From Amphiscolops sp. MND2022 (lineage: Eukaryota): DNA of 64,000 bases. Made by a program: the position numbers and the translations under genes. Position 1 is the stretch's first letter. Each line of letters starts with the position of its first letter. Positions 48,339 to 61,779 of the stretch are shown here, piece by piece. The stretch is from the NCBI GenBank assembly GCA_964187785.1, contig OZ076416.1, positions 18,662,001 through 18,726,000 on the forward strand. Reading direction: 5' to 3'. The notes below the pieces were generated by a model. It had not been told where the DNA came from and searched no databases. It saw only the letters and a program-made list of their open reading frames with translations.

Positions 48339-49204
48339 TCCACCTTCCTTTGCATCGAAAAATCAACATACTATTTGAAAAGGCGTCATATGACCCTTCA
48401 CAACCGAATATCTAGGATAACACTTGGTCATCAACAATTAAACGCATCAAAGCGTCGGAGGAATTTGAATACTTATAACACAGTATTTCAAAGGCATTTC
48501 CAAATGAAACACCGTTATAATGTTAACTAACGATTCTTCAATTCATCAAGTAGTAGCAAAAGGCATTCAAAGTATGCATCAACAGACATAGGCACGTTTT
48601 GTCAGACGAGCCTTAATAGGATGTATGAGTGAAATATTCTCTATATTGCATGCAACGAGTAATTATTGAAATAGCCTAGTATGGCCATTGGGTATAGTAT
48701 CGCACTTTAACTACTAGCCAGAATAGGCCCGGAGACTGGTATTTAATAACGTCATACTATATCAAGACTTATTACTACAACACTAATACTAGCTGCTTTT
48801 CATCATTTAATGGCAATTGTACTATTAATGTGGGGACTAATTGTTTCTTGCATAAAATAATAGCGGCTTGAAAAAGCATTAGCCTTTTTGGTCGGAACCA
48901 GCCAATTACATAGCTTTCACTACATTTCTTCCAAGTATGGCCAAACGGCCGTAACTGGCAAATAATGCTAATGCACTTATACAAGCTGAGTGGTGATTGG
49001 ACAAAAAAGCGCTGACAAGACTCGTTGCCGTAAAAGTACGGGAGCTCATCCGAACTTGTTTCCGTACTTCTACGCAGTGTCTTACATTTGCCTAGCAACT
49101 ACAACTTTTACAGCTCTTGTTTCAATCCATTGATAATTTAATACAATTAGCAAACCCAGTTCTTGAGCTGAATTTTTCAGATCGTAAAATTTAACAGACT
49201 AATA

Positions 49205-49263
49205 CCAAATCCAAATCCAAATCCAAACCAAAACCAAATCCAAATCAGACAAATCCAAATCCA
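49205..49263. repeat. (CCAAAT)n imperfect microsatellite
   Basis: About 9 imperfect hexamer units. Confidence 0.9.
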
Positions 49264-49512
49264 ATAATATTGTCAAATACAACAATCCAAATCACATTAA
49301 AACAAGCTAGATACTATTAATCAAGGTGAAAGTTTTAGGTTTAATAGATCGGGAGAGTTCCCGGGCGATCTCTTGCTCGTATGCGGACGTTGTATACTTG
49401 ATCCCGTCACAGGCGGCAACCTGCGACACTAAAAGAGATTTAGGCAGTGTCAAAACGAAAACAAACTCAACAACATCATTACTCCAGTTCAACTTTTCAA
49501 GCAACTTGGAGT

Positions 49513-50015
49513 CTGGCTGTGAAGCGAACATTCGTCCCAAGCAACAATTCATCCGAAATTCCATAAAGCGACAATTCGTCCCAAGCTGCAGTTCGTCCCA
49601 TTTGAAAAGCAGACAATTCGTCCTAATTTAATTGCCAATTAATACCTTCGTATTAATGAATTCGCAAATATTAATACCAAGAATTAACACCAACTAAAAA
49701 GGCCTGTTTTGTCAAACTGGTTAATAAGGCGAGCGCATTATGGGAATTGTGGCGAATTACCAAAACAATCGAATCAAAATCTTGGATTGGCATTTCATGC
49801 TATTTCAATTTATAGATGTTGTTATTTCATTGTATAACTCTTTGGTTTCAATTTAAAATTCAAAAGGTTGCTAATAGCTGATCAATTAAATAATTTTGAA
49901 CGAATTGCCGCTTTTCTCAAATGGGACCAGTTATCACCGAAGAGGACGAACTGCCACTTGGGACGAACTGTCGCTTGGGAAGAATAGTCGCTTGGGATGA
50001 ATTGTCGCCCAACCG
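49513..50015. mobile_element. MITE-like element with long imperfect TIRs built from TTCGTCCCA subrepeats
   Basis: The left arm has repeated (A/G)TTCGTCCCAAG and the right arm has repeated CTTGGGACGAA / TGGGATGAATTGTCGCC in inverted orientation. The core is AT-rich and non-coding. Confidence 0.65.
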
Positions 50016-50958
50016 ACTTCAGCGGAATTTCTATAACTTCACAAGTCTTGACACAATTCACCCATCTTTTGAGGAATACCGGATGAGAAGCAATAAAATT
50101 CACCCTCCCCCAAACTGTCAGAATCTCTAACTGGTCCATAGTGTCTATGCATCTGGTGGAGTCACAAAAGATGCAGATGTCTTTGATGCCCCTGCCACAA
50201 GCACATCGAGGGGGGCACTCGGACACTCCACAGGGGGAAACAACTCCTTCGCACACACCTGTCGGAACTCCATCTAGGAACCAATCAATTTCACGTAAAT
50301 TCAAGAATGATTTAATCAAGCTTCATTTATCATATATATTGATTGATCATTATTTTTAAGCAGAGGCCTTCAAAAAACACTGAACATTGCTTTAAGAGAT
50401 GTGTCTGGAACGGATCCCCAGGTTTCTCTTTCATACAGAAACAGGCTGAACGAAGTCTTTTATTGTAAAACTGTCTGATCCCAGGCTGATAATAGCCGCT
50501 TCCTAAACTTGCAATTAAATTGTTTTTATCTGCCAGAATCTTGCAAAGGCAGAAAAACTCTTCCTAGATCTTGGAAGTTTTTCTGCGAGATCAGAAATTT
50601 TCTAGCAAGATCGTTCAAATTGTCTGCCATTGTCTTGCAAGATCTTGGAAAAAACCTGACAGAATTTTGCGAAACATCTCTGAAAATTAAACTGAGGTGG
50701 TCCTACACATTTATGGTTACACGCTTGATTCTAGGTAAATCATTGGAAAAAATTGTATGATTTGGATGGCGCCATATATGGCCCAGATAATGATCGACAA
50801 GGCCAAGAAACCCGGGTTTTAGTGATTAGTAACTAACGCAGAATCATTATTTTTGGTGTATAAAATTTTGAAGGATTTTAACTTGGAAAACATGAAACTG
50901 AAGGTCACCCGCCAGTATAATACGTCAATAAACGTTAGTCTATCCTGTTTTTTTTTAC

Positions 50959-51195
50959 ATCTTGAAATAAAAATTTCCACCTCGACTCTAAAAAATGAAT
51001 ACCGCAACAAAATGGGAAAGAAGGCGTACGTATGGGGGCATCGCAGAAGCATTTCCCAGGGTTCTCTTTCCTCCTGATATCCAGAGCCAGTTCAGAGAGA
51101 GACTTCAGTTCAGATTCCGGCATTTCTGCAATTAGACGTTTAGCAACCATAGTCCGATCGGAACAAGGGAGTTTGTTCAACATCTGCACGGCACC
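50959..51195 (-). CDS. Probable coding exon (79 codons, phase 0-0), Cys-containing, unknown product
   Basis: Acceptor TGTTTACAG, donor GTAAAA, open frame GAVQMLNKLPC...CFCDAPIRTPSFPFCC...FLFQD. Confidence 0.4.
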
Positions 51196-51407
51196 CTGTA
51201 AACATTTAAAAGTGGGAAATTTGAAAAAAAAATAAATTTGAAAAAAACGGCTACAAACTCAGCTATGATGAAAGTCAAAGAGTAAGTTGCTACAAAGGAC
51301 TTGAAACGGTTTTTTGGGTTTTGACTTTTTGTACAGTATTTTGACTATTTGTACAATAAAAAACCATTCCTTATATACTTTAACTGTCGCAGGCTGCCGC
51401 CTTTGAT

Positions 51408-51607
51408 NNNNNNNNNNNNNNNNNNNNNNNNNNNNNNNNNNNNNNNNNNNNNNNNNNNNNNNNNNNNNNNNNNNNNNNNNNNNNNNNNNNNNNNNNNNNN
51501 NNNNNNNNNNNNNNNNNNNNNNNNNNNNNNNNNNNNNNNNNNNNNNNNNNNNNNNNNNNNNNNNNNNNNNNNNNNNNNNNNNNNNNNNNNNNNNNNNNNN
51601 NNNNNNN
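51408..51607. other. Assembly gap (200 N)
   Basis: A run of exactly 200 N, which looks like a fixed-size scaffolding gap. The true distance and adjacency across it are unknown. Confidence 0.99.
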
Positions 51608-52039
51608 ACTGAAATGGACGCGTGCGGTCCTACCATGCAAGGTTTGGTGTTATTATTCAGTTTTTGCTATAATCGGTGATGAAAGTAACAGGTATAGGCA
51701 TTTATACATTAAGGTAAAAGCGCCACATAGCGAAACTGCGCTAACCGGTGACCTGCCTGTACTTTGACCGGCCTTACCAATTTAAAACAACCCCCCTGTG
51801 CTAGTCCATAAAAAACATAACGAGGCTGCTATTAGCCAGACCATCTTAAAATGTTTATAGTACCATGTAAGGCTACTATTGCATGTAAATCTACATAATA
51901 TTAGTCGAGCTAGTCTACAGGTCTCTCCACTTTCTATGGTTAGGTGCTTTGAGGTCGCCGCACACGTAAACAAATGGTTTTTGAATTAGTGTTATTTTTT
52001 GAATTAGTGACGTGGCATTGATGTTTTGTTTAGAACAAG

Positions 52040-52807
52040 GATCAACCTTTTCCTGAGTGCCATACACTATTGAAATTATAAACCCATGATGGTCACTCAG
52101 GGGAGAGATTGCAAAAAATGTTAATACTATTATCGTTGCTGTCAAAATTTTAAAAAGTTCAAAACTCGGTTGCAAATAACCAATAAAGGAACAATCAAAC
52201 TTTCTTCTGTACCTTTAGGTATGCATTCTACTAGAAGACACAAAATAAAGGATAGACGATCTATAGAAACGGATATTTTGTCCACTCTGACACTATGGAC
52301 ATAATGTTAGGAGAAAGGAATTCGAATTCTATAGAGAAAGATAGAGAGAGAGAGCTATAGATAATGGTGGATGATAATAATAGATATTCTATAGATAATG
52401 GCATATATGGTCGAGATAAGCACCAAGACACAGCGTCCCTACCTAACAGGGAGAATTTTTCTCAAGTAATTGACATTAGAAACATTCATAACAGAAACGG
52501 CCCAGCCTGTCTTGATGGACTTGCGGTTTCTGTCGAAATACTGTCAGGTGAAATGACTGCTAGATTGTCCCAGGAAAAAGATTCGCTGATGAACTTATTG
52601 CAATTGCAAATATAGAAGGCTATCAGTTCATCAATCACCGATAGAGTATTACCCGAAATACAAAACATAATTGGATGTTTGCTGTTGGACCAAAACGGCA
52701 CTGGAAGGATGCGTTCGTAAATTAGCAAGGTTTCGGTTTTAATTGTAAAGAACCAAGGACAAAGTTTACGAAGAAGGACTCCAGGTCTGTCTGCGTTTTA
52801 CCTTACA
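52040..52807 (+). mobile_element. Degenerate ORF-bearing solo-LTR-like element
   Basis: Hairpin CCTGAGTGCCAT / ATGGTCACTCAGG around TATAAA; broken ORF MHSTRRHK..MDIMLGE..RLSQE.DS.M..KAISSSITDRVLPEIQNI..KKDSRS; ends CCTTACA. The 5' boundary is approximate. Confidence 0.6.
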
Positions 52808-53949
52808 TCAACTTGAAACAGTTTTGCAACAATCGCGTAAGTCACAGTTGGAATAAAAAGATTACCAAGTACAAAAAAAGACTTGATTTTAAAGTGCACC
52901 AGTTTGATCGCACATGTTGGACATATTTGAAAACTTCTAATTGTGACTTGGCCGAACTGGCAACTACCCCAAAGAAGACAATTTACGAGCACCACACAAC
53001 GGGAACACCCTGAAAGTTTACAAAAACACAGATCATCGCCGAAATCACCGTGTTGTGACTTCTCACAACGAAAACGTCCCTTTTCACAACAGAACCCGAA
53101 GAAGCGCCCTGGAGATGTGTAATTTCTTTAGAAGAAATCTGCATACTTTCCATGAGCCTCCTCATAAGTCTAAGACACCTTGAGACTGGATCTTGATGTT
53201 TTCTCAGATGTAATGTTTTTTACGATTTTCAGATATTTGAACATGTGTGATCTGTTAGATCTCATTTTTTATCGATTGTACCCGATATAATGAACTTCAT
53301 ACACTTGTTTTTTTGGCTCTCGGGAGTATGTGGGAAGTCTCAGGAACCTTAGGAATAGTTTTTACTTGCCTGTGGGACGTGTCCTGAATTTTGAACTGCC
53401 GCATGTTGTCACGAAGCTCTAATTGAGAAGTCTACTTGACATTAGAAAAGTCCTCCTAGGACACAACTTGTAGTAAGATAATGGTCACTTGTCAAGGCAA
53501 CCTAACGTCACATCTGTTTACCCACGATCAAGTCGTCACAAAAATTTTATCAAAAAACTTGTATCGTAGCTGAGCAATAGCCTGGCTTACCAAATAGCTC
53601 GGATTGTTTCAAATGCTTGAATTCGGTTTTTGCAATTCAGTTTGCCAGATTGCAAAAAGTCGTCTGATCTTTGTGACGGGGATTGTGTATTTCGGTTTAC
53701 AGATCGAAGCTTTTGACATATTTTCTTGTCTGGCCGCAAGAACATGGAAGTTCCTTCTACATGTTTTCTACATAATCTTTTCCTTCAATTTTCATAAGAG
53801 AGTCCATTATCACGCGGTTAGTTTAAAACATCAAGATAGCGACGTTCATGCTAGAGTCAAGACAATGCTTAAACTGCCTTCACGTGAGACCATTGTCTTA
53901 CAAGATCTCTAGACATCAGTTTTCGTCCCAAAATGAGTCTACTTGGAGG

Positions 53950-56900
53950 ACATTCCAAACCTCAAGCAAGCTTTTCATTCAGAGCTCCGTGGTAAATGCC
54001 GCACATTCAAAGTCCATACACGTTCCACAGGCACGTAAAAACGTTTTTTAAGGTATCTGCGGCTTATTGCAGCATCTGTTGACACTATTGCAGCTTGACT
54101 GCATCTGGTGTGACTCGCTCGTTGTACATCCTGGAGCAGTCGAAGGGATTCTCTAGCGAGCTAGGTGCAGCTCCTCTCAGTCTTTCACCTAAGAGCTGTA
54201 GCACAAAAGCAGGTATGGGCAAGATCCGCCTAGCACCCCAGTTCCGGATGTCACTTGCCGCTTGCTTCCGTATGTGGGTAAAAGGGAATGTGCAGCCACT
54301 CGACAGGATGCCATTCTAGGGGGCATGGGTAGCGCACAGAACCCTCGGGTTCTTACGTGTGATGTAAAATTATATTCCACTTGTTTCTGGTCCTTGAGTA
54401 CTGTGAAGTTGCCCAAGCATTTCACTAGTTCTTTCAGACTGAGCACATATTCGCTGCTACAAAATGCAAACATAGCAGCGTGTCCTAGTGGTTGGGTGGG
54501 TTAACGTAGCGTCATTACAGAGCCACAGATCGGCCAAGTGACTGGTGCAATCAGGGGATATTGACCCATATTGCGTAGAATCAGGCCAGGATCGTTTCAA
54601 TATTTCCGTTCAATTGTGCTCACTGGTTTGAACCATCCGCTGTGTACAAAGTGTGGATTAGTTCCTGGATCCAGCCTCTCCGATTTCTCGCAAAAACTAG
54701 ATACCTGAATCGGCACGAGAAGTACTTGTCCGTGCACGAGTGTCTGCATCATGTAGGCGATGCCCTTGTAGAAGCCGGGGATGCTAGTAGTCATTAGGTA
54801 GGTTAGGATTTCACTCATTGTCGCTTTCTCCATGTCCTCTAAATGCAATTTTGACTGTTGCTCGTCTGGATCACTTTCCGTTTGAACGCTGGGTGGCAGC
54901 CAGTATAATTTGATGTTTTAGGGGAAGATGGTGAATGGTATTTGGCGTCTTTTCGCCACTTGCGCCACGGTTTTGCTCAACAGCTTACACCAGGACGGGT
55001 ATGTGTGCTATGGGGTCGTGGTGTTAGTGTGGACATTGTTTCGTTGAATTTTGCGTCATGTATACTGCCGTTTAAGGTGTAATAATAACGTTTTTCGAAC
55101 CACAGGTTGTCGATCACCTTTTTTCTGTTTCGGTAGGGTCTGGGATTTGCATCTGAGATTTGGTACGCCATTTACCTCGAAACTGCAATGCATCCTCGCA
55201 GGTGTATTTTGCTTCCCATATTCGGAAACTGTTGCATCATATACTAGCAGTTGTGAATTTCCTTTGTACACCGTGTAAGCTTGAAAGGCTTTGGACCCAT
55301 CTGCGATGAAAATGCTGGTTGTGGAAGTTCACACTGGCGCCATGTGGATGTGCTAAGTCTCAGCTTCGGCGCAATGATGTAGAAGTACATCATCCTCCCA
55401 AAATCTGCCTCCATGATCAATAAGCAGAATTTCTGCAGGGATCCCAGCAGGTAGCTGTATCCGGGGAAAACGAATATTACGCCTGCTGTCTGTTTCTTCC
55501 TCTGGATGGTCTGAACAATCCTTCGCCTGGATCCAATGTACGCCGTAAACTTGTCCGTCAAACAGTTGTTCTTCGATTGAGCTCGTTCTTCTCTGAAGCG
55601 TTTCGGCGCACCGCGCAACGCCCGGTGGTAGTTCCATTGCTTAAAAAGAACAAAGGGGGTATTGGGTTGGTTTCAGAGGGGCTATTATGTCATGTTCAAG
55701 ATGCGCACAATCATTATCGTGTTGTTCGTATCCTAAGTAACTTTCATTGTCTAGACTTCGAAGACTGCTACTCTTGTCTTCTGCGACATTTCCTTTTTCA
55801 ACGGATAGCAGGATCACTGACAAAACCCTCGCATCTCAAACGTGGCGTACTCTACCTGACAGCATGTTGCTCCGCCGAGCTTTCGGCTCGTGGAAGGAGT
55901 GCAGCGTAAGGATACCGATCTCCTTCCAGGTCTCTCTGTAACCTCTCGAACCAAGGGGGATTCCGTCGTGCAATGATTGCGGTATCTTCATTTGGCGGAG
56001 GAAATGCATTCCAAGGCTCGATTTTTCTACTACTTGGGTCGTCTCCGGAGTGCGTTTTCGTAGCTCATGTAGTCCTGTCCGTTAACTAGAGAAACTCTCT
56101 CTGCAGACGCACTGCGCTTCTAGTTGTGATATCTAGTTGTCGCATTGCGGTCTGCGAGAGTAACTCCTGTTGGAATCGTACCCTTTTTGCCACTTGCTTA
56201 TTTGGAAAGTCGGGTTGTCTGCTGTTGGTCGCGTTCTCTTCTCTAGCTCTCGTTTGTTGTAGTTTTTGCCTCAGGTCCACTGGAGCTCTCGCAGCTTGAA
56301 TTTTCCTCTCTGTTGTTGCTTTTGGCCTTCTCTCAATTCTGGGTCCTCCTGATAGCCGATCAAGTACTCCAGATTACAAGCAGGATCGTCGTTTCTGGAG
56401 ATGGGTTGCATCAATGCCTCGTATGAACCTTGGACATCTTCTGCATTTGTTTTTGGCAGTAACCTGTGAGAGTTGGCGAGGTTGTGTCACTGATGACTTA
56501 TCTTGTTGCATCACCTGCAACGCTTCCCCATTAAATTTAAGTACTGAAGAGAGATCTGGTCCTTGAATTGCTTTCAGCAATTAAGGTTCTGTCCTTTTGC
56601 GTACCTCATCTTCAGTCATACCTTCTTCTGACACCGGTGTTGGATAGAAAAATTTTTGCAAAGGAGCTTTATTCGGAACTTGCTTTTAAATCTCATTCCA
56701 AATGCACGTTCTTCACATTTTGGCTGGAAGCTCAGCAGCTTCCAGACGGTTTTTTCAAAGAAACAGATTGCAACACAAATGTGCTAAGCACCGCTTTACC
56801 TATCACCGTTTTTGTTTTTACTTGCACTCTTTCTCTTGCAGTTTCGTTCTGGAGGGCAACGAATAGTATTTCTTCCTCTCCGAGTGATGTTAGTTTGTCC

Positions 56901-57480
56901 ATATTCTTTTCATTTTCCACTTCGATAGAGTCTGCGATTTGTGGTACGCCATTCACGTCAAAGCTCTGATGGGTCTTTTGCATTCCAAAAGCAGGATCCC
57001 TGGCAAAACCTTTGCACCTCAAAAGTGGCGTACTAACTTTACATTATTGTTCTGTCAAGCAATCCGTTCGTGGAAGATGTGTAACCTTAGGGGACCGAAC
57101 TCTTTCCAGATCTTTCTGTAACCTCTCGAACGATATACAACGTTCTGTCGGGCGATAGTTGCGGTATCTTCATTTGGCGGAGGTAATGCAATCAGGTGCT
57201 CGCTTTTTCTAGGTCTTGGCTCGTCTCCGGAGTACCAAGGCTAGTTGCGTTCACGTACCTAATGTAGTCGTGTCCGTTGGTTTGAGAGAAATCTCTCTGC
57301 AGACGCTAATTTTGGACTGCGAGAGTCATCGGCGAACGAAAAAGGCGCACACACGCATTGCTCGGGTAAGCTACAATTGCAGCGAAGAGGGCCATGCACT
57401 GAGCCATAGGGACACCATTTGCAATAACACACTCTTCCAGCTGGCAGTTTCAAATTTTACCTTATTGCACACGGTTTTGC
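53950..57480 (-). mobile_element. Scrambled relic of a GC-richer retroelement-like sequence (at least two homologous pieces)
   Basis: Many broken protein-like frames (SEILTYLM..QTLVHGQVLLVPIQVS; IQGPDLSSVL; AFPPPNEDTA) and an internal duplicated segment of about 330 bp. No RT or INT catalytic motif seen, so the family is uncertain. Confidence 0.35.
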
Positions 57481-60196
57481 AAATAGGAGGCTATTAGTTT
57501 GTGTAGACACCCGCCCAGACCGAGTGATTACCGCTCCTTCGGGAGTTTAGAATGAGGGACTCGATAGAAGGCTTCGGAAAAAGAAGCATGCAAAGGTTTC
57601 CTCTTTGCAACAATCTTCTGGAAAATTTTTGAAAAAACGTTCGCATTTAAAAGAGAGATTTTCTAAAATTCAATTGATAGGAGGATACTGTGTGCTGTAG
57701 CTGCTTGGACTGCTTCGACTGGAAATATCGGATATTGTTCGGAAAACACATCTTTCGAGGGCTAGTGAAAGTTTATTCGGAGAAGCATTGGGGCGGTAGT
57801 TGACCATTTAGTTTTTCAAACCCTCTTTGAATATAGGTGTGGTAACAGTTTTTCTTCAAGATGTAGGATATACACTACAAATTCAATGATAACCTTTGCT
57901 ATGTTGAAGAAATGGACTGTTTGAACCTTTTCGCAAAATTCGAGCAGAAAAACGATCCGCGCCAGAGCCAACAGTTGATAAGTCTAGAACTTCAGTCAGT
58001 TTTTTGGATCAGTGTTCATTGCTTATGACAAGACAATTACGAATTTCACTGAAAATGTACTGAATGATGTAAAACAATCATTAGAAAACCATCTAATGAT
58101 AGTTTTACATTATTCAGTACATTTTCAGTGACAATTGTGAGTTTTTTGACAGAAGAATTGAATACTGATCCAAAAAACACTTTGAAGGCTTTTGCAAATT
58201 TGAAACATCCAGTAACGTTCTTGTTTCCGGATCTTTCCTAGTCCTCGGAACGTAGGGGATATTGAGCTCCCTAATCAGTTTGTAGCAACCATTTATTTCA
58301 CAATTTATATCACAAAAATAGTCGAAGAATACATTTTTGTCTAGCTCGATAGAGTTTAAAAGTCCTATACAGACTGTTTTGCAAATCCAGTGTTGTATTC
58401 TATAAAGTTTTTTTAACAGAGGCCATTTAGTTCTTTTAATTCTGTTCGCAGGCAGAAGAAAAAACAAAAATATGGAAACTTTTGTCGTCCGGCAACATTT
58501 TTCGTCTTGGAGGTTTGCAAGAGAAAGTGATTTTGAATGCTTACAAACGAAGTCACCCAATCCTGAATGAAATCCACAGAAACTACGTCCAGTTCGAACG
58601 AGAAAACAGATTTGGGGAACGTTAGGTCGATTGCGTTTGTGGTAGTGGTTGCGAGCCACCATTGTTTGAGACCAGTTTGTGTATTCATTGTTCCAGAACT
58701 ACTTGGGGTATCCAGAAACATGCTGAAACGACAAAAAATGTTTAATGTTGAAAACTTCTGGCTCATCATAATTTTCAAATACCACGTCGTATAAATTATC
58801 ATCTATACGAGTCTGTTCTGTTATCAGTTGCCTGAACTTCTTAAGAGTAAAGAATGTTTCGAGTTTGACCCCCTCTTTTCTGAACTGATTGCTGGGAACT
58901 CTGTGTTATCCACGTTCGTTAAGCTGAAGGCACACATTTGAAATTTTACCCATGGAACCTTACTGAGAGATTTGCAGGGTGAGGATACGTAAACAGAAAT
59001 AACAACATCAGGAATACGAGATTTACTTTAGCACGACTTTGTAAACATTTTTCAAGTAACGATCGAATGATTTTCCACAGCAAAATGAGTTTCTTAATCA
59101 TTCTATTTTTCAAGCAGCCATTTCTTACCTCGCCAAATTAGTCACATCTTCATGCTGATTTGTTTTACAAATAGCCCTTGCTATAATTGAGGAGGCAGCT
59201 CTAAAAAGTGTTGTCAGTTCAGCAGAAGGGAGAATTTCAGGTTCACTCGATTGGAGAAAATAAGACAACTGAAGTTTTTCTTGTACTAATAAGACCTTGC
59301 GGCAATGAGAGAGAAAGATGCGTTAAATTATATCGTCAATTCCCTAGTCAGTTTACCGTAACAAGTTCGTCTCCTTTTACTGCTTGTATTTTGGCCACAA
59401 TTGATGAAATCGTAACGTTTGGCTAAAAGTTATCTTGCCAGTGAAAGGTCTTTTAGGGACAGTTCGGTTATCAAAACCCTTCTGTAAACACAGAATTGTT
59501 TCTCGATGACGTTAGCAATGACTTCTGGAGCTTCCCAAACAGATCCGAATATTACAAGTAGGTTCAGTTTCAAGAACGTCTTCTGAGCAATTTTGATCGC
59601 AAAGACTATTTTCGACTTCACACATATCATGCAATTGTTCTTCTATCAAACACTTACACTTGGAATCCCTTTCCTCATTTCAGCAATTGTTTAATTAGTA
59701 ATAATAATTTTCGTCTTATTTTCTGGTGGTTTCAAGTACATTTCAATCTCTAGTATATGGTTCTTCTCTAGTTAGAGAAATCTTGTTCGACAATTTTGCT
59801 GCAAAGACAATTCCGACAAGTGTTTAGATTTCATTTGAAACCATCTAGTTTGTTACTTTCATTTGCGTTGTCAAGTTTTGAGTTTTTTGCAAAAACAGGA
59901 ATTGCAAACATTTGAGAAAGCTTTCGAAGATTATCAACAACTGAAAACTTACTTAGATAATTTTAGACATTGAAAAAGATGTCAGTGAAAACACTTTCAG
60001 ACAGAAACAGAATAGAGTCCACGGCCCACAACATATTATCCACCCAGATGAGGTAATCCATCACTGTAGGACGAAGAGACCAATACTCTCCTTGTGGGAA
60101 CTATTATGGAATTTGCATATAATTAGGAACTATTGGGTTAGGTTAATCACAACAACTAGGCAATGAGGATATCTAACACCAATCACAACAATGAGG

Positions 60197-60248
60197 TTAT
60201 TGTTGTTGTGGTTGTTGTTATTGTTGTTGTTGTTGATGATGATATTGT
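60197..60248. repeat. (TTG)n/(GAT)n imperfect microsatellite
   Basis: Direct inspection. Confidence 0.9.
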
Positions 60249-61779
60249 CGATTTTAAGCTTTCGCTGATGGTATGTCTCCTTTTTGCTTGCTAAAATCTT
60301 TGTCCCATGTTGCTACGTTGTCCACAGTTGCACACCCGTAATAATGTACAAGAGGTATTTTCGTCATTGTAGTGCCTCCACATATCGCGGAGAAATCCGT
60401 CTTTAGGACTGTTAGGTATCAAAACGAATGGTGTTTAGGAAACGCCTTTCAGAAACAGATTTTTCGAGGTCAAAAACCTTGAGCCGCTGGCTGAAACTGC
60501 TCGAAAAGCCTGAAAGACGCGTAGAGCTATCACGAGCATTTGAAGAAGCTGAAGTTCGTATTGCGTATACTCAAAGTGAAGCATGTCACAATTGTACCGT
60601 TGGTTTTCCCTTCTTGGGAGGCGCCGACCCATGTGCAACGGAGGTGACTCGAATCGTTGGGAAACTAAGCGAGAAGGGATGAACTGTACGCCAACGTCGT
60701 GACGTACATCCGCACGAAAAACAGCGTCATTTTTCTGAAAAACGCATTTTGCAGCATTAGGATGCTCACGATCCAACAAATCTGCAAGTGTCACCGGATC
60801 TTCTAAAGGAACGAAAGTTGTGGGGAAAGGCTGTCATTATTCTCTCACAATTGCCATGAAATTCGTCATCACTAGCTCATTCAAAGTCGCAATCACTTCG
60901 TATCAGCTAATGATAATTTCAATTTGTACGACTCTATAGATTGTGCAAGGAACGTAAGTCCTAGTGCTACTTTCTTGCAGACGAGACTATATTTATGCTT
61001 TTTACAGATATTTGTACAATTTTTTGGGTTGGACTTTTTGAATAGCCTCCGAGATGGCAACGATTTGAATTTGAGACGATTTGATAACATCACTGACGCT
61101 GTTGTGTTGGTTTGTGGCTGCATTTGGGCTGAAAGAAAGATCACAAATCTATGAGATAATTCCATTTTTAGTTCATTTTATGATTTCAAGATTTTTCAAA
61201 GGCTAGTTGCTCCACTGTGGTTGACTTTTTGAGAGATTGGTACACATGCGAATGTGTTAATCCTCCAATTGGTCAGGTTTCGATGGAAACACAACAAAAA
61301 CTGCAGCGGTACAAAGTGTATGAAGCCCTCAGGGGTCCATATAAAATGCGCCATTTTATCAAAAATGGAAGCCCAGAGCCTCGCCGAATTTAAACGTTGT
61401 AGGTGCTCATCAGTAAACACGATGCCACAGTAACATGAGGATAAATTTTAGGTCAGACACCCTTTACATTTCAGGGGTTGTTCACGTGATAAGAGGTTCT
61501 CAGAATTCCCGGATCTTGCCAAAAACTTGATTCCCAAATTATTGATATTCGCGAAACCGCGACAATTTTTGACTTGTGGTGCTTTTTGATCTCCTCTCTG
61601 AGCTGGCGTTTTTGAGAAAACCACCTTGAGGAGATAAACGTCAGACGTCATCACTAAGTGCAATTATCAACAAGCGTAATCGGAATAGTGTAATTTTTAA
61701 AAAAAAAACACGAAACACGACAGAAAGATGCTTCATTGAAACGAGTTAGATCGACAACACCGTGTTAATTGCCCTAAAT

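Noticed and set aside
49513-50015. CRISPR-like repeat array (TTCGTCCCA units)
   Set aside because: The units are short, irregularly spaced and inverted between the two arms, as in MITE TIRs. The context is eukaryotic and there are no cas genes.
51259-51640. ORFs spanning the N run
   Set aside because: Artefacts of the assembly gap.
58114-59630. Minus-strand ORFs 58114..58802 and 59430..59630 as a gene
   Set aside because: No recognisable motif, and I could not build a consistent exon chain. They may be decayed coding sequence but are unsupported.
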